Virus record (IMG/VR): IMGVR_UViG_3300014848_000022
Location: 1-55,444 of that record
DNA length: 55,444 nucleotides
Direction: 5' to 3' (one strand)
Origin: a virus
Taxonomy: Duplodnaviria > Caudoviricetes
The stretch's first letter is position 1, and each line of letters begins with the position of its first letter. Below are positions 1 to 8,746 of the stretch, one piece after another. The notes beneath the pieces were generated by a model that saw only the letters and a list, made by a program, of their open reading frames with translations, was not told the origin of the DNA and made no database searches. Position numbers and translations under genes: made by a program.

Positions 1-285
1 CTACCACTTCGAGATAATGGCACATCCCTTGATCAGCGCCAGCGCCTTGTCGAGTGCCGCCCGCAGCCGCAGGTCGACCGCCGCCAGAACGCCAGCGTCG
101 TGCGCGGCATCGCCAGTCAATTGGTCGCCCACGCGCGCGGGCACGGCGGGCACGTCGGCCGGATCGATACAGGCCACGGAGACCGGCGTGAGAACCTTTT
201 CGACCCGCACATCAATGATCGGAGGCGGCGTCTTGCTAGCGCAAGCACCCAGGAGAAGCGGTAGCAATACAAACAGTGCTTTCAT
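1..285 (-). CDS. Outer-membrane lipoprotein spanin (Rz1-like)
   Basis: Signal peptide with lipobox LLGAC, Pro-rich mature part, located in the lysis cassette downstream of the i-spanin. Confidence 0.75.
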   Translation of the reverse strand: MKALFVLLPLLLGACASKTPPPIIDVRVEKVLTPVSVACIDPADVPAVPARVGDQLTGDAAHDAGVLAAVDLRLRAALDKALALIKGCAIISKW

Positions 286-287
286 TT

Positions 288-911
288 TTACCGCCCCTTA
301 TTGATTGATTCCTCGGCAGACAACTTTGTACTTAAAAGTCTGCGTCGTATCGTATTTACATGTAATCCACTGATTTCAGCTAATTCTGGTATGGTAATTT
401 GGCGACCTTGATATGAGAAGTATCTTGTTTTGCGCTGATTGCGGCATTGAGTTTTTCGGTCGACCCAGCGGCAGTTTCCCGCCTCATAACCTCTATCGTT
501 ATCAATGCGATCTAACTCAAGATTGTCAGCGTAACCGTTATTCGTCGCCCATTGATGAAAAGCAGAATAATCATCCCACTCCTCACTAAAATTTATCCCG
601 CGTCCGCCGTAATCCGCAAAATGCTTATCACGTGGATTCCTGCATCGTCCCCGCGCACCAATCCATATCTTGTGAAGCCGTGTTGCGCTTAGGCCATGCT
701 TGAGCATCTGGTCTGCACGGCATGCTAGATCGCATTTCCTGCATTTGGGCAAAGCGCAGTCGCATTTGACCGATTGCGCCATGCGCTCAAAGGGCTCAGA
801 ACCACAGTCGCATTGCCACAGATAAATGCTTCGGTGGTTGACGATCCGCAGAAATTTGAGTGCGACTAGCTTTCCAAAGCGCTGGCCGGTAAGATCAATG
901 AAAGCCGACAT
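288..911 (-). CDS. Free-standing HNH-type homing endonuclease
   Basis: Motifs IDLTGQRFGKL, CDCG, YGGRGI, LELDRIDNDRGYEAGNCRW and a C-terminal HTH-like segment; SD AAGGAG 6 nt upstream of ATG 911; visibly lower GC. Confidence 0.8.
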   Translation of the reverse strand: MSAFIDLTGQRFGKLVALKFLRIVNHRSIYLWQCDCGSEPFERMAQSVKCDCALPKCRKCDLACRADQMLKHGLSATRLHKIWIGARGRCRNPRDKHFADYGGRGINFSEEWDDYSAFHQWATNNGYADNLELDRIDNDRGYEAGNCRWVDRKTQCRNQRKTRYFSYQGRQITIPELAEISGLHVNTIRRRLLSTKLSAEESINKGR

Positions 912-912
912 C

Positions 913-1007
913 GCCATCTCCTTTGGCTTGTTGGTCAGGCTCTGGGAGGCGCGACCAACGCCTTTCAGAGCCGCTGAAATCATAGCTGAATCATGATTTG
1001 TTCTCAA
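913..1007 (-). promoter_or_regulatory. Sigma70-type promoter and structured leader of HNH gene 1
   Basis: TTGAGA(1007-1002)-17 nt-TATGAT(984-979), hairpin 938-972, TGACC, then small hairpin GCCA-AAGGAGA-TGGC. Confidence 0.7.
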
Positions 1008-1028
1008 GGGCCAGGATCATGCGGCGCA

Positions 1029-1481
1029 TCAAAGTTCCCCCTTGGCGGCCATCACAGCAGCAGGCGTTCGGCAATTCACAGAGGATGACGGCGATGCCAT
1101 CTCAATTGCGCGTGCCAGCGATTCCCGCTCGGTGTTGCGCGGATCAGTCGCAGCCAACGCATCCTTTCCAGCCTGCTTGCGTGTATCGCCATCAGCCTTG
1201 AGCCGCTGCACGGCGGCGTTCTGCAACTGGAGAGCGTCATGGAGCACATCGAAGCTTCCGCGCATGATCTCAGCGGCCCGCCGCCAGTCGTGTTCGGCGC
1301 TGCGCCACTGATCGCGCTCGGCCCTGAGGCCAGCGATCTTGATCGGCCAGATGCGCAGGCCCTCAATGCGGACCGTCTGGACCACGAGCAGCAGGGCGAG
1401 GGCGGTGCAGATCGGCCATGCCAGCGGGGCGAGGCGGGCGGCCAACCATGCCCATGCCTGGGCAAGCAGGGCGGCGATCAT
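1029..1481 (-). CDS. Inner-membrane spanin (Rz-like)
   Basis: N-terminal TM segment, long helical periplasmic part, C-terminal Cys; follows holin and endolysin. Confidence 0.7.
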   Translation of the reverse strand: MIAALLAQAWAWLAARLAPLAWPICTALALLLVVQTVRIEGLRIWPIKIAGLRAERDQWRSAEHDWRRAAEIMRGSFDVLHDALQLQNAAVQRLKADGDTRKQAGKDALAATDPRNTERESLARAIEMASPSSSVNCRTPAAVMAAKGEL

Positions 1482-1756
1482 ACCTCACCGCCCGGCAGAT
1501 TGGGCTGGGGCAAGCGCCGCGCAATCGTCGGGAGCAGGAAGGCCAAGAAGCCCACTGCCACCGATGCCACCGGCCTCCATTCCTCGGGCACATAGGCCAC
1601 GATTCGCGGCAGCAGGGTCGGGTCGCTCATGAGGTAGCCGATCAGCAGGCCGCTCACGGCAGCGATCTTGACAGACCACAGGCGCCAGAGGGCGCGCGCT
1701 TCGATCACGGCCTTGCGATAGGCCGGGCTGGCCTTGATTTTGGTCCAGATGCTCAT
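1478..1756 (-). CDS. Putative holin (2 TM)
   Basis: 92 aa with basic N-terminus and two hydrophobic segments, ATGA-coupled between endolysin and spanin. Confidence 0.65.
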   Translation of the reverse strand: MSIWTKIKASPAYRKAVIEARALWRLWSVKIAAVSGLLIGYLMSDPTLLPRIVAYVPEEWRPVASVAVGFLAFLLPTIARRLPQPNLPGGEV

Positions 1757-2451
1757 GCGATGACTCCCATGCTTCGTGCGCGACGGGCAGCAACTTCCGC
1801 CACGCCGATCAGGCCGCCATTGACGGCCCGGCGCAGGCCCGTGAAATCGCCCCGGTCGCAGTAGCTATTGGCCTTCGCGCGGCCCCAGTAGTCGCAGAAG
1901 GCGCGCGCCATCGGCACGGGCTCGCCGCCGTGGATCTGCTCAGAGGTCACCCCGAGCCGATAGAGCAGCAGGTCGTATTCGGCCCGGCCCGTGTGCTGGA
2001 TCAGCCCGCCGCCTCGACTGTTCCAGCCATCATCGTCATCCGTGCCGTTGAGCTGGTTGCCCATGCGGCCGCCATAGACGAAGTTGGCCAGCTCGCGCGG
2101 CTTGCCGACGAAGGCTTGCGCGCTCGCCAGCGTGGGGAATCGCCTGGGCCAAGTGCGCATCATGCCCGCCGCTGAATAGCTCATGTTCTCGGCAAAGCTG
2201 GTGTATCCGCCGGTCTCGTTGCCGGTCTGGGCAAGTGCCTCGGCGAGCCGGGCGCGGGTGTCCACAATGCCTGCCTTGAGAAGTTCCGGGGCCAGGGCGG
2301 CGCCAAGCGCGCGCAGCGCGGCATCGGGCTGGCGCTGGGCCTGATGGGCGAGCAGGGCAGTGCAGGTCTTGCCGCCCCACTGGCCATCGATCGGACCCGG
2401 ATCATAACCCTTGGCGGCCAATGTGGATTGCGTTTTGCGAATGTCGATCAT
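1753..2451 (-). CDS. Endolysin: peptidoglycan-binding domain plus GH19 chitinase-like domain
   Basis: GYDPGPIDGQWG PG-binding motif; QTGNETGG, ANFVYGGRMGN, RGGGLIQHTGR and VNGG GH19 motifs; ATG 2451 overlaps upstream TGA. Confidence 0.88.
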   Translation of the reverse strand: MIDIRKTQSTLAAKGYDPGPIDGQWGGKTCTALLAHQAQRQPDAALRALGAALAPELLKAGIVDTRARLAEALAQTGNETGGYTSFAENMSYSAAGMMRTWPRRFPTLASAQAFVGKPRELANFVYGGRMGNQLNGTDDDDGWNSRGGGLIQHTGRAEYDLLLYRLGVTSEQIHGGEPVPMARAFCDYWGRAKANSYCDRGDFTGLRRAVNGGLIGVAEVAARRARSMGVIA

Positions 2452-2771
2452 GGCGTTTTCTTCCATGGAGACCAGAGAGAGATATCGAGCTTTTCGGCTG
2501 TAGCGATCACCCCTTCGGCCACACCGATACAAGCGAGCCCAGCGATCGCTCCCGCTACCGTCGGAGGAACATCGACAAGAGGGCGCAGGGATTTCGCGAC
2601 GAAAGTGCCGAACAGATAGGCGCCGGACAGGCAAAGCAGGGAGGCGAGGATACGCTGCTTCCAGACCGAGGCCGGGCGCAGATATTCGCGCGCGCCGACG
2701 GCGAATGCGCCACCGCCGATCAGCTGGGCGGCATCATTTCCGATTGCGATCGGATCGCTTGGTACGGGCAT
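2448..2771 (-). CDS. Membrane protein, holin/antiholin candidate
   Basis: 107 aa with 2-3 hydrophobic segments, directly upstream of the endolysin, TGATG coupling. Confidence 0.55.
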   Translation of the reverse strand: MPVPSDPIAIGNDAAQLIGGGAFAVGAREYLRPASVWKQRILASLLCLSGAYLFGTFVAKSLRPLVDVPPTVAGAIAGLACIGVAEGVIATAEKLDISLWSPWKKTP

Positions 2772-3220
2772 CAGAGCGCCACCATGCGTAGTAGGTGCTG
2801 GAGCCGATGAGATAGACGGCCAGCCCAATGATCAATGCTGCGTCCGATGCCATCTGCCACGCCTCCAGCAATCAGGAATTGCGCAGCAGCGGCACAATTT
2901 ATGGCGGCTGCATAGGTCCAGAAACCGATATATCGGTCGCCATCAGCAATGTGCAGGCAGCGCCAGAAGATCATCCCAAGCGAGATCGCAGCGACCATGC
3001 GGTCCCTTGCCCCGCCATGGCAGGCGCGAAGGGCGACGATCATGCAGAGGTCGCAGAGCATCATCATGACCGCCCGATCATTGCCCTGATAGAGCGCGCC
3101 GATGATCCAGGATGAGGCCGTGGATGCGGCGAGGATGGCGATCACCGGTCGCGGCCCCACGCGATGGAAGGCCATCGCCCAGAGCGCGGCATGCGCGGCA
3201 TAGACGATGGCCGTTTCCAT
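2771..3220 (-). CDS. Multi-pass membrane protein
   Basis: Several hydrophobic helices; coupled at both ends; SD GGAG upstream of ATG 3220. Confidence 0.6.
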   Translation of the reverse strand: METAIVYAAHAALWAMAFHRVGPRPVIAILAASTASSWIIGALYQGNDRAVMMMLCDLCMIVALRACHGGARDRMVAAISLGMIFWRCLHIADGDRYIGFWTYAAAINCAAAAQFLIAGGVADGIGRSIDHWAGRLSHRLQHLLRMVAL

Positions 3221-3402
3221 CACTGCTCCTTCGGCTCGCTGGCGGCCATGAGCGTCTGCGGCTGCACGCCGGCGACAGCGCCGTGCGATTGCAGCAGGCC
3301 GCTCAGGATCGAGCATTCTTCCGCGTGGATCTTGGCGAGCTGCGAGGTCAGTGCAGCCTTTCGCTTACCGAGATCGATGAGGCGATTTGCGGAGTCGTCC
3401 AT
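3220..3402 (-). CDS. Hypothetical protein (60 aa)
   Basis: SD AAGGA upstream; stop overlaps next start. Confidence 0.55.
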   Translation of the reverse strand: MDDSANRLIDLGKRKAALTSQLAKIHAEECSILSGLLQSHGAVAGVQPQTLMAASEPKEQ

Positions 3403-3449
3403 TGTGCGTCCTTTGGTTTACCGGGCCGGGTGGCCGCGATGGGTTGAAA

Positions 3450-4799
3450 TCAGTTAAGCGCGATAGAGCGACGCCCGCGTTCGAGCATGGTCTTCAGGCC
3501 GACGCGAGAACCGGTATCGTTGTATGATTGATCGTATCCGGCCCATGCCGCCCGAAGCGATGCAAGGTCGGAGATTGCGGTCCCGCGCACAGTTCCCCAT
3601 GTTCCAGAGCCGCTCACCAGATACGAGTTCTGGTCGTTGATGCAGCCGCCCGCGTCGCCAGTCGCGCTGTCCCACGAGATCAGCGTGCCGATGGGCGCAT
3701 GAAACCGGCAATTTCGGACAGTGTTGTTCGCGACCTTCGAGTTGTTCTCGACGTTGATGCCGACACGCAGGGCCGGAGAAGTGGCATAGCGGTTATAGAC
3801 ATCCACATCCTCGACAAGGACGTTCTGGCAGGCCTTGAGATACAAACCGGACAAGCACCCGCCATAGACGGTCGCACGGGTGACGCGAACGCCGGTCGCA
3901 TTCTTGATCACGAGGCCCTGACCGTTCGATGTGTTGTTGCCGCCGAAGAATGAGCAGTCGATGACCGTAACGTTCGAGCACCCGGCGCCGATAACGGAAG
4001 CGTGGCCGGTCAACGCGACAGCCTTGACCCGCGTGATGATGCCGGTCGTGGTCTGGCCGGTCGAAGCATCTTCGCCGATCTGCATGCATGTCCCGGCGAC
4101 GGACGAGCCGTAGGCGCACAGGTCAAGTTCGAAGAGCTTGAAATCCAGCACGCCCTTCATGCGGAACGGAAAATAGCCGACGTGGAATTTGCACTGGACG
4201 AATGACAGGTCAGACACGAAACCAAGCTGGCTGTCGAAATTCACGCCAGCGATGGGATACGCCCCGATCTGTCGGATTTCACAGCCCTGCCAGAGGATTT
4301 TGCTGATCGTGTAGGTGCCCCCAGAGCCGGAGTCCCACACGCTCTGCATGGCGGTATTGGTCCCGCCAGATTGGCCGATCACATCCCAGCGGCAGCCGAT
4401 AAACCGGATGTTTGAAGTAGTCGTGTTGAGGAACCGCATGACAGACGTTGCCGTAGCCGAGTTGTTGCGGAACACGATGTTTCTGAACTGGATGAACGAG
4501 CAGGCGCCGACTTGGACCGAATAGTTCCCGCTGGTCCCGGTGATGACGACACTGCCCGGCGCCTGCGGATCGAGTAAGCTGTAATTCGGTTCGGGCTCGA
4601 CGAACACGAAGTTTGCGAAGTTCTGGGTCAGGTAGAGGTAGCCAGAGCCAGAGTTTTCGGCATAGGTTCCCCCTCCCATGTAGATCACATCGCCAGCGGC
4701 TGCCACAGAGAGTGCCTTGACGAGCGTTGCATAGGGCGCGCCGGTTGCACCGGTCCCGGTCGTGTCATTGCCGGTCGTGCGGACGTAAATCTCAGCCAT
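3450..4799 (-). CDS. Right-handed beta-helix (pectin lyase-like) protein, putative tailspike depolymerase
   Basis: N-terminal IYVRTTGNDTTGTG...PYAT motif and repeated NV(T/L)V-type beta-helix rungs. Confidence 0.75.
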   Translation of the reverse strand: MAEIYVRTTGNDTTGTGATGAPYATLVKALSVAAAGDVIYMGGGTYAENSGSGYLYLTQNFANFVFVEPEPNYSLLDPQAPGSVVITGTSGNYSVQVGACSFIQFRNIVFRNNSATATSVMRFLNTTTSNIRFIGCRWDVIGQSGGTNTAMQSVWDSGSGGTYTISKILWQGCEIRQIGAYPIAGVNFDSQLGFVSDLSFVQCKFHVGYFPFRMKGVLDFKLFELDLCAYGSSVAGTCMQIGEDASTGQTTTGIITRVKAVALTGHASVIGAGCSNVTVIDCSFFGGNNTSNGQGLVIKNATGVRVTRATVYGGCLSGLYLKACQNVLVEDVDVYNRYATSPALRVGINVENNSKVANNTVRNCRFHAPIGTLISWDSATGDAGGCINDQNSYLVSGSGTWGTVRGTAISDLASLRAAWAGYDQSYNDTGSRVGLKTMLERGRRSIALN

Positions 4800-5101
4800 T
4801 AGCGCACCTCAACCGTTTCATTTTGCGGGATCAGCAGAGGGTTGCCGCTCGATCCACGCCGGACCCACAGCGCGCCAGAGCCAGTGCAGTCGTTGCGGAG
4901 GGATTGCACCTGCGAGGCGGCGGGTAGCGTGATAGTCGCATCTGCAGCCAATGCCCCAGTGAACCGGAGCGCACCATAGGATGCTTGCGCCTCCGTCAAG
5001 GTTGCGTTTCCGGAAATTGACACGGTTGAAGGTGAACTGATCTGCCGGGCCTCCGCCCCTGCGCCAGAGGCGAGTGCGCGCGCGATTGAATCCTTGGCCA
5101 C
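4799..5101 (-). CDS. Hypothetical tail-associated protein
   Basis: GTG start, 100 aa, beta-rich; stop coupled to the beta-helix gene. Confidence 0.5.
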   Translation of the reverse strand: MAKDSIARALASGAGAEARQISSPSTVSISGNATLTEAQASYGALRFTGALAADATITLPAASQVQSLRNDCTGSGALWVRRGSSGNPLLIPQNETVEVR

Positions 5102-5104
5102 GGG

Positions 5105-5425
5105 TTACTGCCCCCCGCTGATGTAGAAGGTTCCATCGCCCAGATTTCCGCCCAGCGAGATCCATTCGCCACCGCTCAGGTCGTAGCGGCCCACGGCGCT
5201 GATTGAGGTCACACCGGTGGTCTTGCCCAGCCCGGTGTCGGCATAGGCGCTGCGGGCGCTCTGGCGATCCGAATTCGGGCCGCCCATGATCTGGCGCGCA
5301 ACTGCCGGTGCTTCGGTGCAGAAGATGGTGACGGAGGGGAAAAGCGTCGCGTCAATCGGTGTCCCATCCCAGGTTTGAGGGCTAGCGGTCGGGCCGCCAT
5401 ACATGAGTTGATTTTTGAACTGCAT
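5105..5425 (-). CDS. Hypothetical tail-associated protein
   Basis: SD AAGGA upstream of ATG 5425; fills the gap between receptor-binding genes. Confidence 0.55.
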   Translation of the reverse strand: MQFKNQLMYGGPTASPQTWDGTPIDATLFPSVTIFCTEAPAVARQIMGGPNSDRQSARSAYADTGLGKTTGVTSISAVGRYDLSGGEWISLGGNLGDGTFYISGGQ

Positions 5426-5439
5426 GGTCAGGCGTCCTT

Positions 5440-8304
5440 TCAATCAAATAGGTAGGTAGTATCGGCCTGCACTTGGGCAAACATTGCAGCCTGCCCGGCA
5501 ACATTCGGGTGGGTTGTGCCATCCGAATAAAGGCTGGAGTCGATGGTCACGCGGTCATGATTGACCGATACTGCCGACGCAAAATCGATATAGTCGTAGG
5601 GGCCGAAATATTGGCCCATCACATCGGCATTCATAGCCGTGAGCTGACTCTGCTTTCCGGTGATCCCGGTGCGCGGGATGTATGTCGTCAGCACCGGGAT
5701 TGCGCCCGCCGCCTCCACGGCAGCGATGATGGCTGCCATGTTCGCCCTCCAAGTGGATTGCGAGGCATCATTCGTTCCGATGGCCAGCACGACATAGCGC
5801 GCAGCCCAGATCGAGATATCGGTGGCCATGCGCGAGATCACGCCGGTTGTTGTGTCGCCGCCGCGCGCCGCGACAACAACGTCCCCCCGGTTGCGCGCTG
5901 CGTCGAGCTGATAGACCCAGCCAGTCGGCCAGTTCGTCGTTCCGACGCCAACGGCTGAATTTTCACCGATGCTGTCGCCAATCAGAACTGCCCACGGCTG
6001 CGGGCGGCTCGCCGCGCTGTAGTCAAATTCGGTGACGGTGGGGGTGCCGCCCAGGTTGACGACGCCCGGCGCGCCAAAGAAGCGCACCAGATTCCGCGTG
6101 TCGCTGGTCTGGTTGTAATCCCATGACCACGAAACCGACTGCTGAGTCAGGCTGCGGGTGACCTTGGCGGACATGAGGAGCCCAGCCTTCTTGGTCTCGA
6201 CAATATAAGTCTCGCCCGCAACGATGAACCCGCTCGGCAGTGCAACACTTTCAGCAAGCGTGGCGGATTGTGCGCCGTCAAGGGCGTAGATATCGAGCGT
6301 GTTGCCCGGCCCGTTGATGATGACACCCGAACCCCCGTAGCTTCCAGTGGTCGAGGGGAACAAGGCGACGCAATTATAGACGATGCCGACATGATCAGTC
6401 GTTGCCGACAGCTTGATCTTGGCCCTGGCCGTCTTGTTCGCGATCACACTGGGCTGCGCGAAGATGGCCTGCTGCGTCCATCCTGCGCCCGTTGCCGTCA
6501 ATCCCGATGACCACGACCATCCGGCGAGACTCCATGAGCCCGACGCGGTGGCCCCGGCAAAGGTCTGGCGCTCAATGATCAGGCTCTTGTCGGCAGGCCG
6601 CGCGGAAACCGCGCCGCTGGCGGCATAGCCGATGGTTGCGTCAATCGAGACCGTGGCGCCCGGCTGCGTCGTGAATGCGACGACAGAGCCATCAGCAACG
6701 GATGAGCCAGACGGGATCCGATAGGAATTGCTGCCGCTGCCATACCTGAGGCCGCCAGAGGTGATCGGGGCGTAGAAGATGGAGACGTTTGCAGGGACAA
6801 AGTAGGTGCCCAGCACGGATGTCCCGAACGTATCCACGGTTCCGCCCGTGGTGTTGACGATCCACGACTTCAGGACGGTGATGGAACCGCCCGTGATGCG
6901 CGCCGCGACGATTCTCCCTGTTCCGCCCGTCACAGTCTGCACCCGGACTTGGCGCAGAACGCCGCCAGCCGAGAAAGGAACCGTGCCCCAATAGTAGGAC
7001 AGGCTGGCTGTGAACGTCGCTGCCGCAGCATCGCCCATCGTCATTGCGTTGGGGTATGCAGCGGAGAGAAGAGCCGTGATTGATGCGGTGTTGAGGGTGG
7101 CTGATGCGGTATTGGCAGCGATTTGCGCGGTCAGCGGCAGCGGCGCGTAGGTGAGCGCGTATTGCACGGCGATGGTGATAGTGGTCACCGCCGGGGTGGG
7201 AGTGATATCTCCGACAGCGGCCACGGACCCGACAGGGATGTACGGCAGCACATAGCCGCCCGAATTGTAATAGGGCGTGCCGCCAGTCAGCCTCTGATAG
7301 CCGATGCGGAAGCCGGACGGCAGATAGGGGCTGTCCGGGATCAGCCACGAATTCGCGCCGCCCGTGGCCGTCACCGCCTGCACGAAAGCGACGCGATAGG
7401 TGCCGTCTCCGACGGGCTCGAACACCATGAGGTTGCCGGTCCCGCCACCGTTGATGCCGATGGACACCGACTCCAGGAACCCCGCATGGGGGCTCGGCCG
7501 GCTCATGTAGATGTTGTCGTTGCTCGACAGCGATCCTGCCGTAAACAGGTCTCCGACAGACGCGCTGGTGACATCTGAAAGATCGGAACCGATTTCGGCT
7601 TTCAGGGATAGCGCAATGGCATCCAGGCCGGTCGCAAGATATCGCGTGAACTGGATGCCATCAGAATCAATGACGGGAGCGAGCGCGCCGCCAGCATTCT
7701 GCCACAGGGCCATTTTCGCGTTGTCGTTGGTCGGGGCCTCAAAGATGGTCCCGGCAGTGACAGCCGACACCGCGGCTACGGGGGGCGTCGGCGCGCTCGT
7801 GAAGCCAGCAGAGGCTGGCCATGCCAGCGTCGGGACGCCTGATGAGACGGAAATCCCTCCGCTGGCAATCCGATAGCCCCCCGACGCCTTTCCGTCAGCC
7901 CCGACGGTGCCATAGATTCTGATCCCAAGGGGGCCTCCGGTGGGAATGAGGAGGTATTCCCCCGGTGCGCCCCCGGCGCCAGTGCCGGCGCCGCCGGAAA
8001 CGCCGGAAACCGTGAATGGCAGGGCGCCCCCCACAGACAAAGCGGTCGAGAGCGATCCGATGGACGCGGCGAATGCCGCCGCAACTGCACCTGCGGCAAC
8101 CGCAATCGCTGCCGACTGCTTGGCAGAAATCGCGGTTTCGCTAACCGGGTTGCTGGCGGCATCAATGATTGTCTGGACCGACACTTGGGCAAAGCTGTCC
8201 TGCGATGCCTCGGCCGGGTTATCCCCCTCGACGCGCAGGGGGATCATGGCCTTGGAATACTGGCCCGTGTCGACCAGCGGTGTCGAGTGCGAGAAGTCGG
8301 TCAT
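5440..8304 (-). CDS. Tail spike/fibre with C-terminal SGNH/GDSL hydrolase
   Basis: Blocks LIGDSI, RGGDTT, AIGTND and DGTTHPN complete the Ser-Asp-His set; Gly/Ala/Thr-rich beta modules upstream. Confidence 0.85.
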   Translation of the reverse strand: MTDFSHSTPLVDTGQYSKAMIPLRVEGDNPAEASQDSFAQVSVQTIIDAASNPVSETAISAKQSAAIAVAAGAVAAAFAASIGSLSTALSVGGALPFTVSGVSGGAGTGAGGAPGEYLLIPTGGPLGIRIYGTVGADGKASGGYRIASGGISVSSGVPTLAWPASAGFTSAPTPPVAAVSAVTAGTIFEAPTNDNAKMALWQNAGGALAPVIDSDGIQFTRYLATGLDAIALSLKAEIGSDLSDVTSASVGDLFTAGSLSSNDNIYMSRPSPHAGFLESVSIGINGGGTGNLMVFEPVGDGTYRVAFVQAVTATGGANSWLIPDSPYLPSGFRIGYQRLTGGTPYYNSGGYVLPYIPVGSVAAVGDITPTPAVTTITIAVQYALTYAPLPLTAQIAANTASATLNTASITALLSAAYPNAMTMGDAAAATFTASLSYYWGTVPFSAGGVLRQVRVQTVTGGTGRIVAARITGGSITVLKSWIVNTTGGTVDTFGTSVLGTYFVPANVSIFYAPITSGGLRYGSGSNSYRIPSGSSVADGSVVAFTTQPGATVSIDATIGYAASGAVSARPADKSLIIERQTFAGATASGSWSLAGWSWSSGLTATGAGWTQQAIFAQPSVIANKTARAKIKLSATTDHVGIVYNCVALFPSTTGSYGGSGVIINGPGNTLDIYALDGAQSATLAESVALPSGFIVAGETYIVETKKAGLLMSAKVTRSLTQQSVSWSWDYNQTSDTRNLVRFFGAPGVVNLGGTPTVTEFDYSAASRPQPWAVLIGDSIGENSAVGVGTTNWPTGWVYQLDAARNRGDVVVAARGGDTTTGVISRMATDISIWAARYVVLAIGTNDASQSTWRANMAAIIAAVEAAGAIPVLTTYIPRTGITGKQSQLTAMNADVMGQYFGPYDYIDFASAVSVNHDRVTIDSSLYSDGTTHPNVAGQAAMFAQVQADTTYLFD

Positions 8305-8313
8305 GGGGTCACC

Positions 8314-8340
8314 AAGAAAAAGCCCCGCCGAAGCGGGGCT
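8314..8340 (-). terminator. Rho-independent terminator
   Basis: AGCCCCGC-TTCG-GCGGGGCT followed by TTTTCTT on the minus strand. Confidence 0.8.
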
Positions 8341-8358
8341 GGGTCAGGTCAGGCCGGG

Positions 8359-8745
8359 TCAGGCCCACGCGGGATCGGGGGCAGCGGGCCAATCCGGCAA
8401 AGTCGTGGGGGCCTTGAAAATCGCGCGGAGGGCAGCGCGATATTCGCAGAAGGCCTCCGCGTTCTTGAGTAGCGCAGCGACATCGGCAGTCTGGGTGTAA
8501 TCCGTAGCGGCCAGCCGCTTACGGGCCTCCGCCTTGACCGCTGCGCATGCCTCAGCATCTGTCGGCTGATCGTGAGGAGCCAGGCACGGGGCTCCATCCT
8601 CACCAATAGCGATGCGCTGGCCGGAAGCCTGACCGGCCATCAGCGCGGCATAGGATTCCGGCGTGACCTCCACGACATCATCGGGCATCCGATCATGGCA
8701 GGCAGGATCGTAAAACCCGAGTGTCGACGGGGAGAAGAACGGCAT
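8359..8745 (-). CDS. Tail fibre assembly chaperone (Tfa-like)
   Basis: FFSPSTLGFY...MPDDVVEVT...GQASG start and YRAALR...WPAAP end. Confidence 0.85.
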   Translation of the reverse strand: MPFFSPSTLGFYDPACHDRMPDDVVEVTPESYAALMAGQASGQRIAIGEDGAPCLAPHDQPTDAEACAAVKAEARKRLAATDYTQTADVAALLKNAEAFCEYRAALRAIFKAPTTLPDWPAAPDPAWA

Positions 8746-8746
8746 G

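Noticed and set aside
288-1007. HNH plus structured RNA as an IscB/HEARO RNA-guided system
   Set aside because: No RuvC or PLMP motifs, the leader is only about 60 nt, and I see no guide-like match to the flanks.
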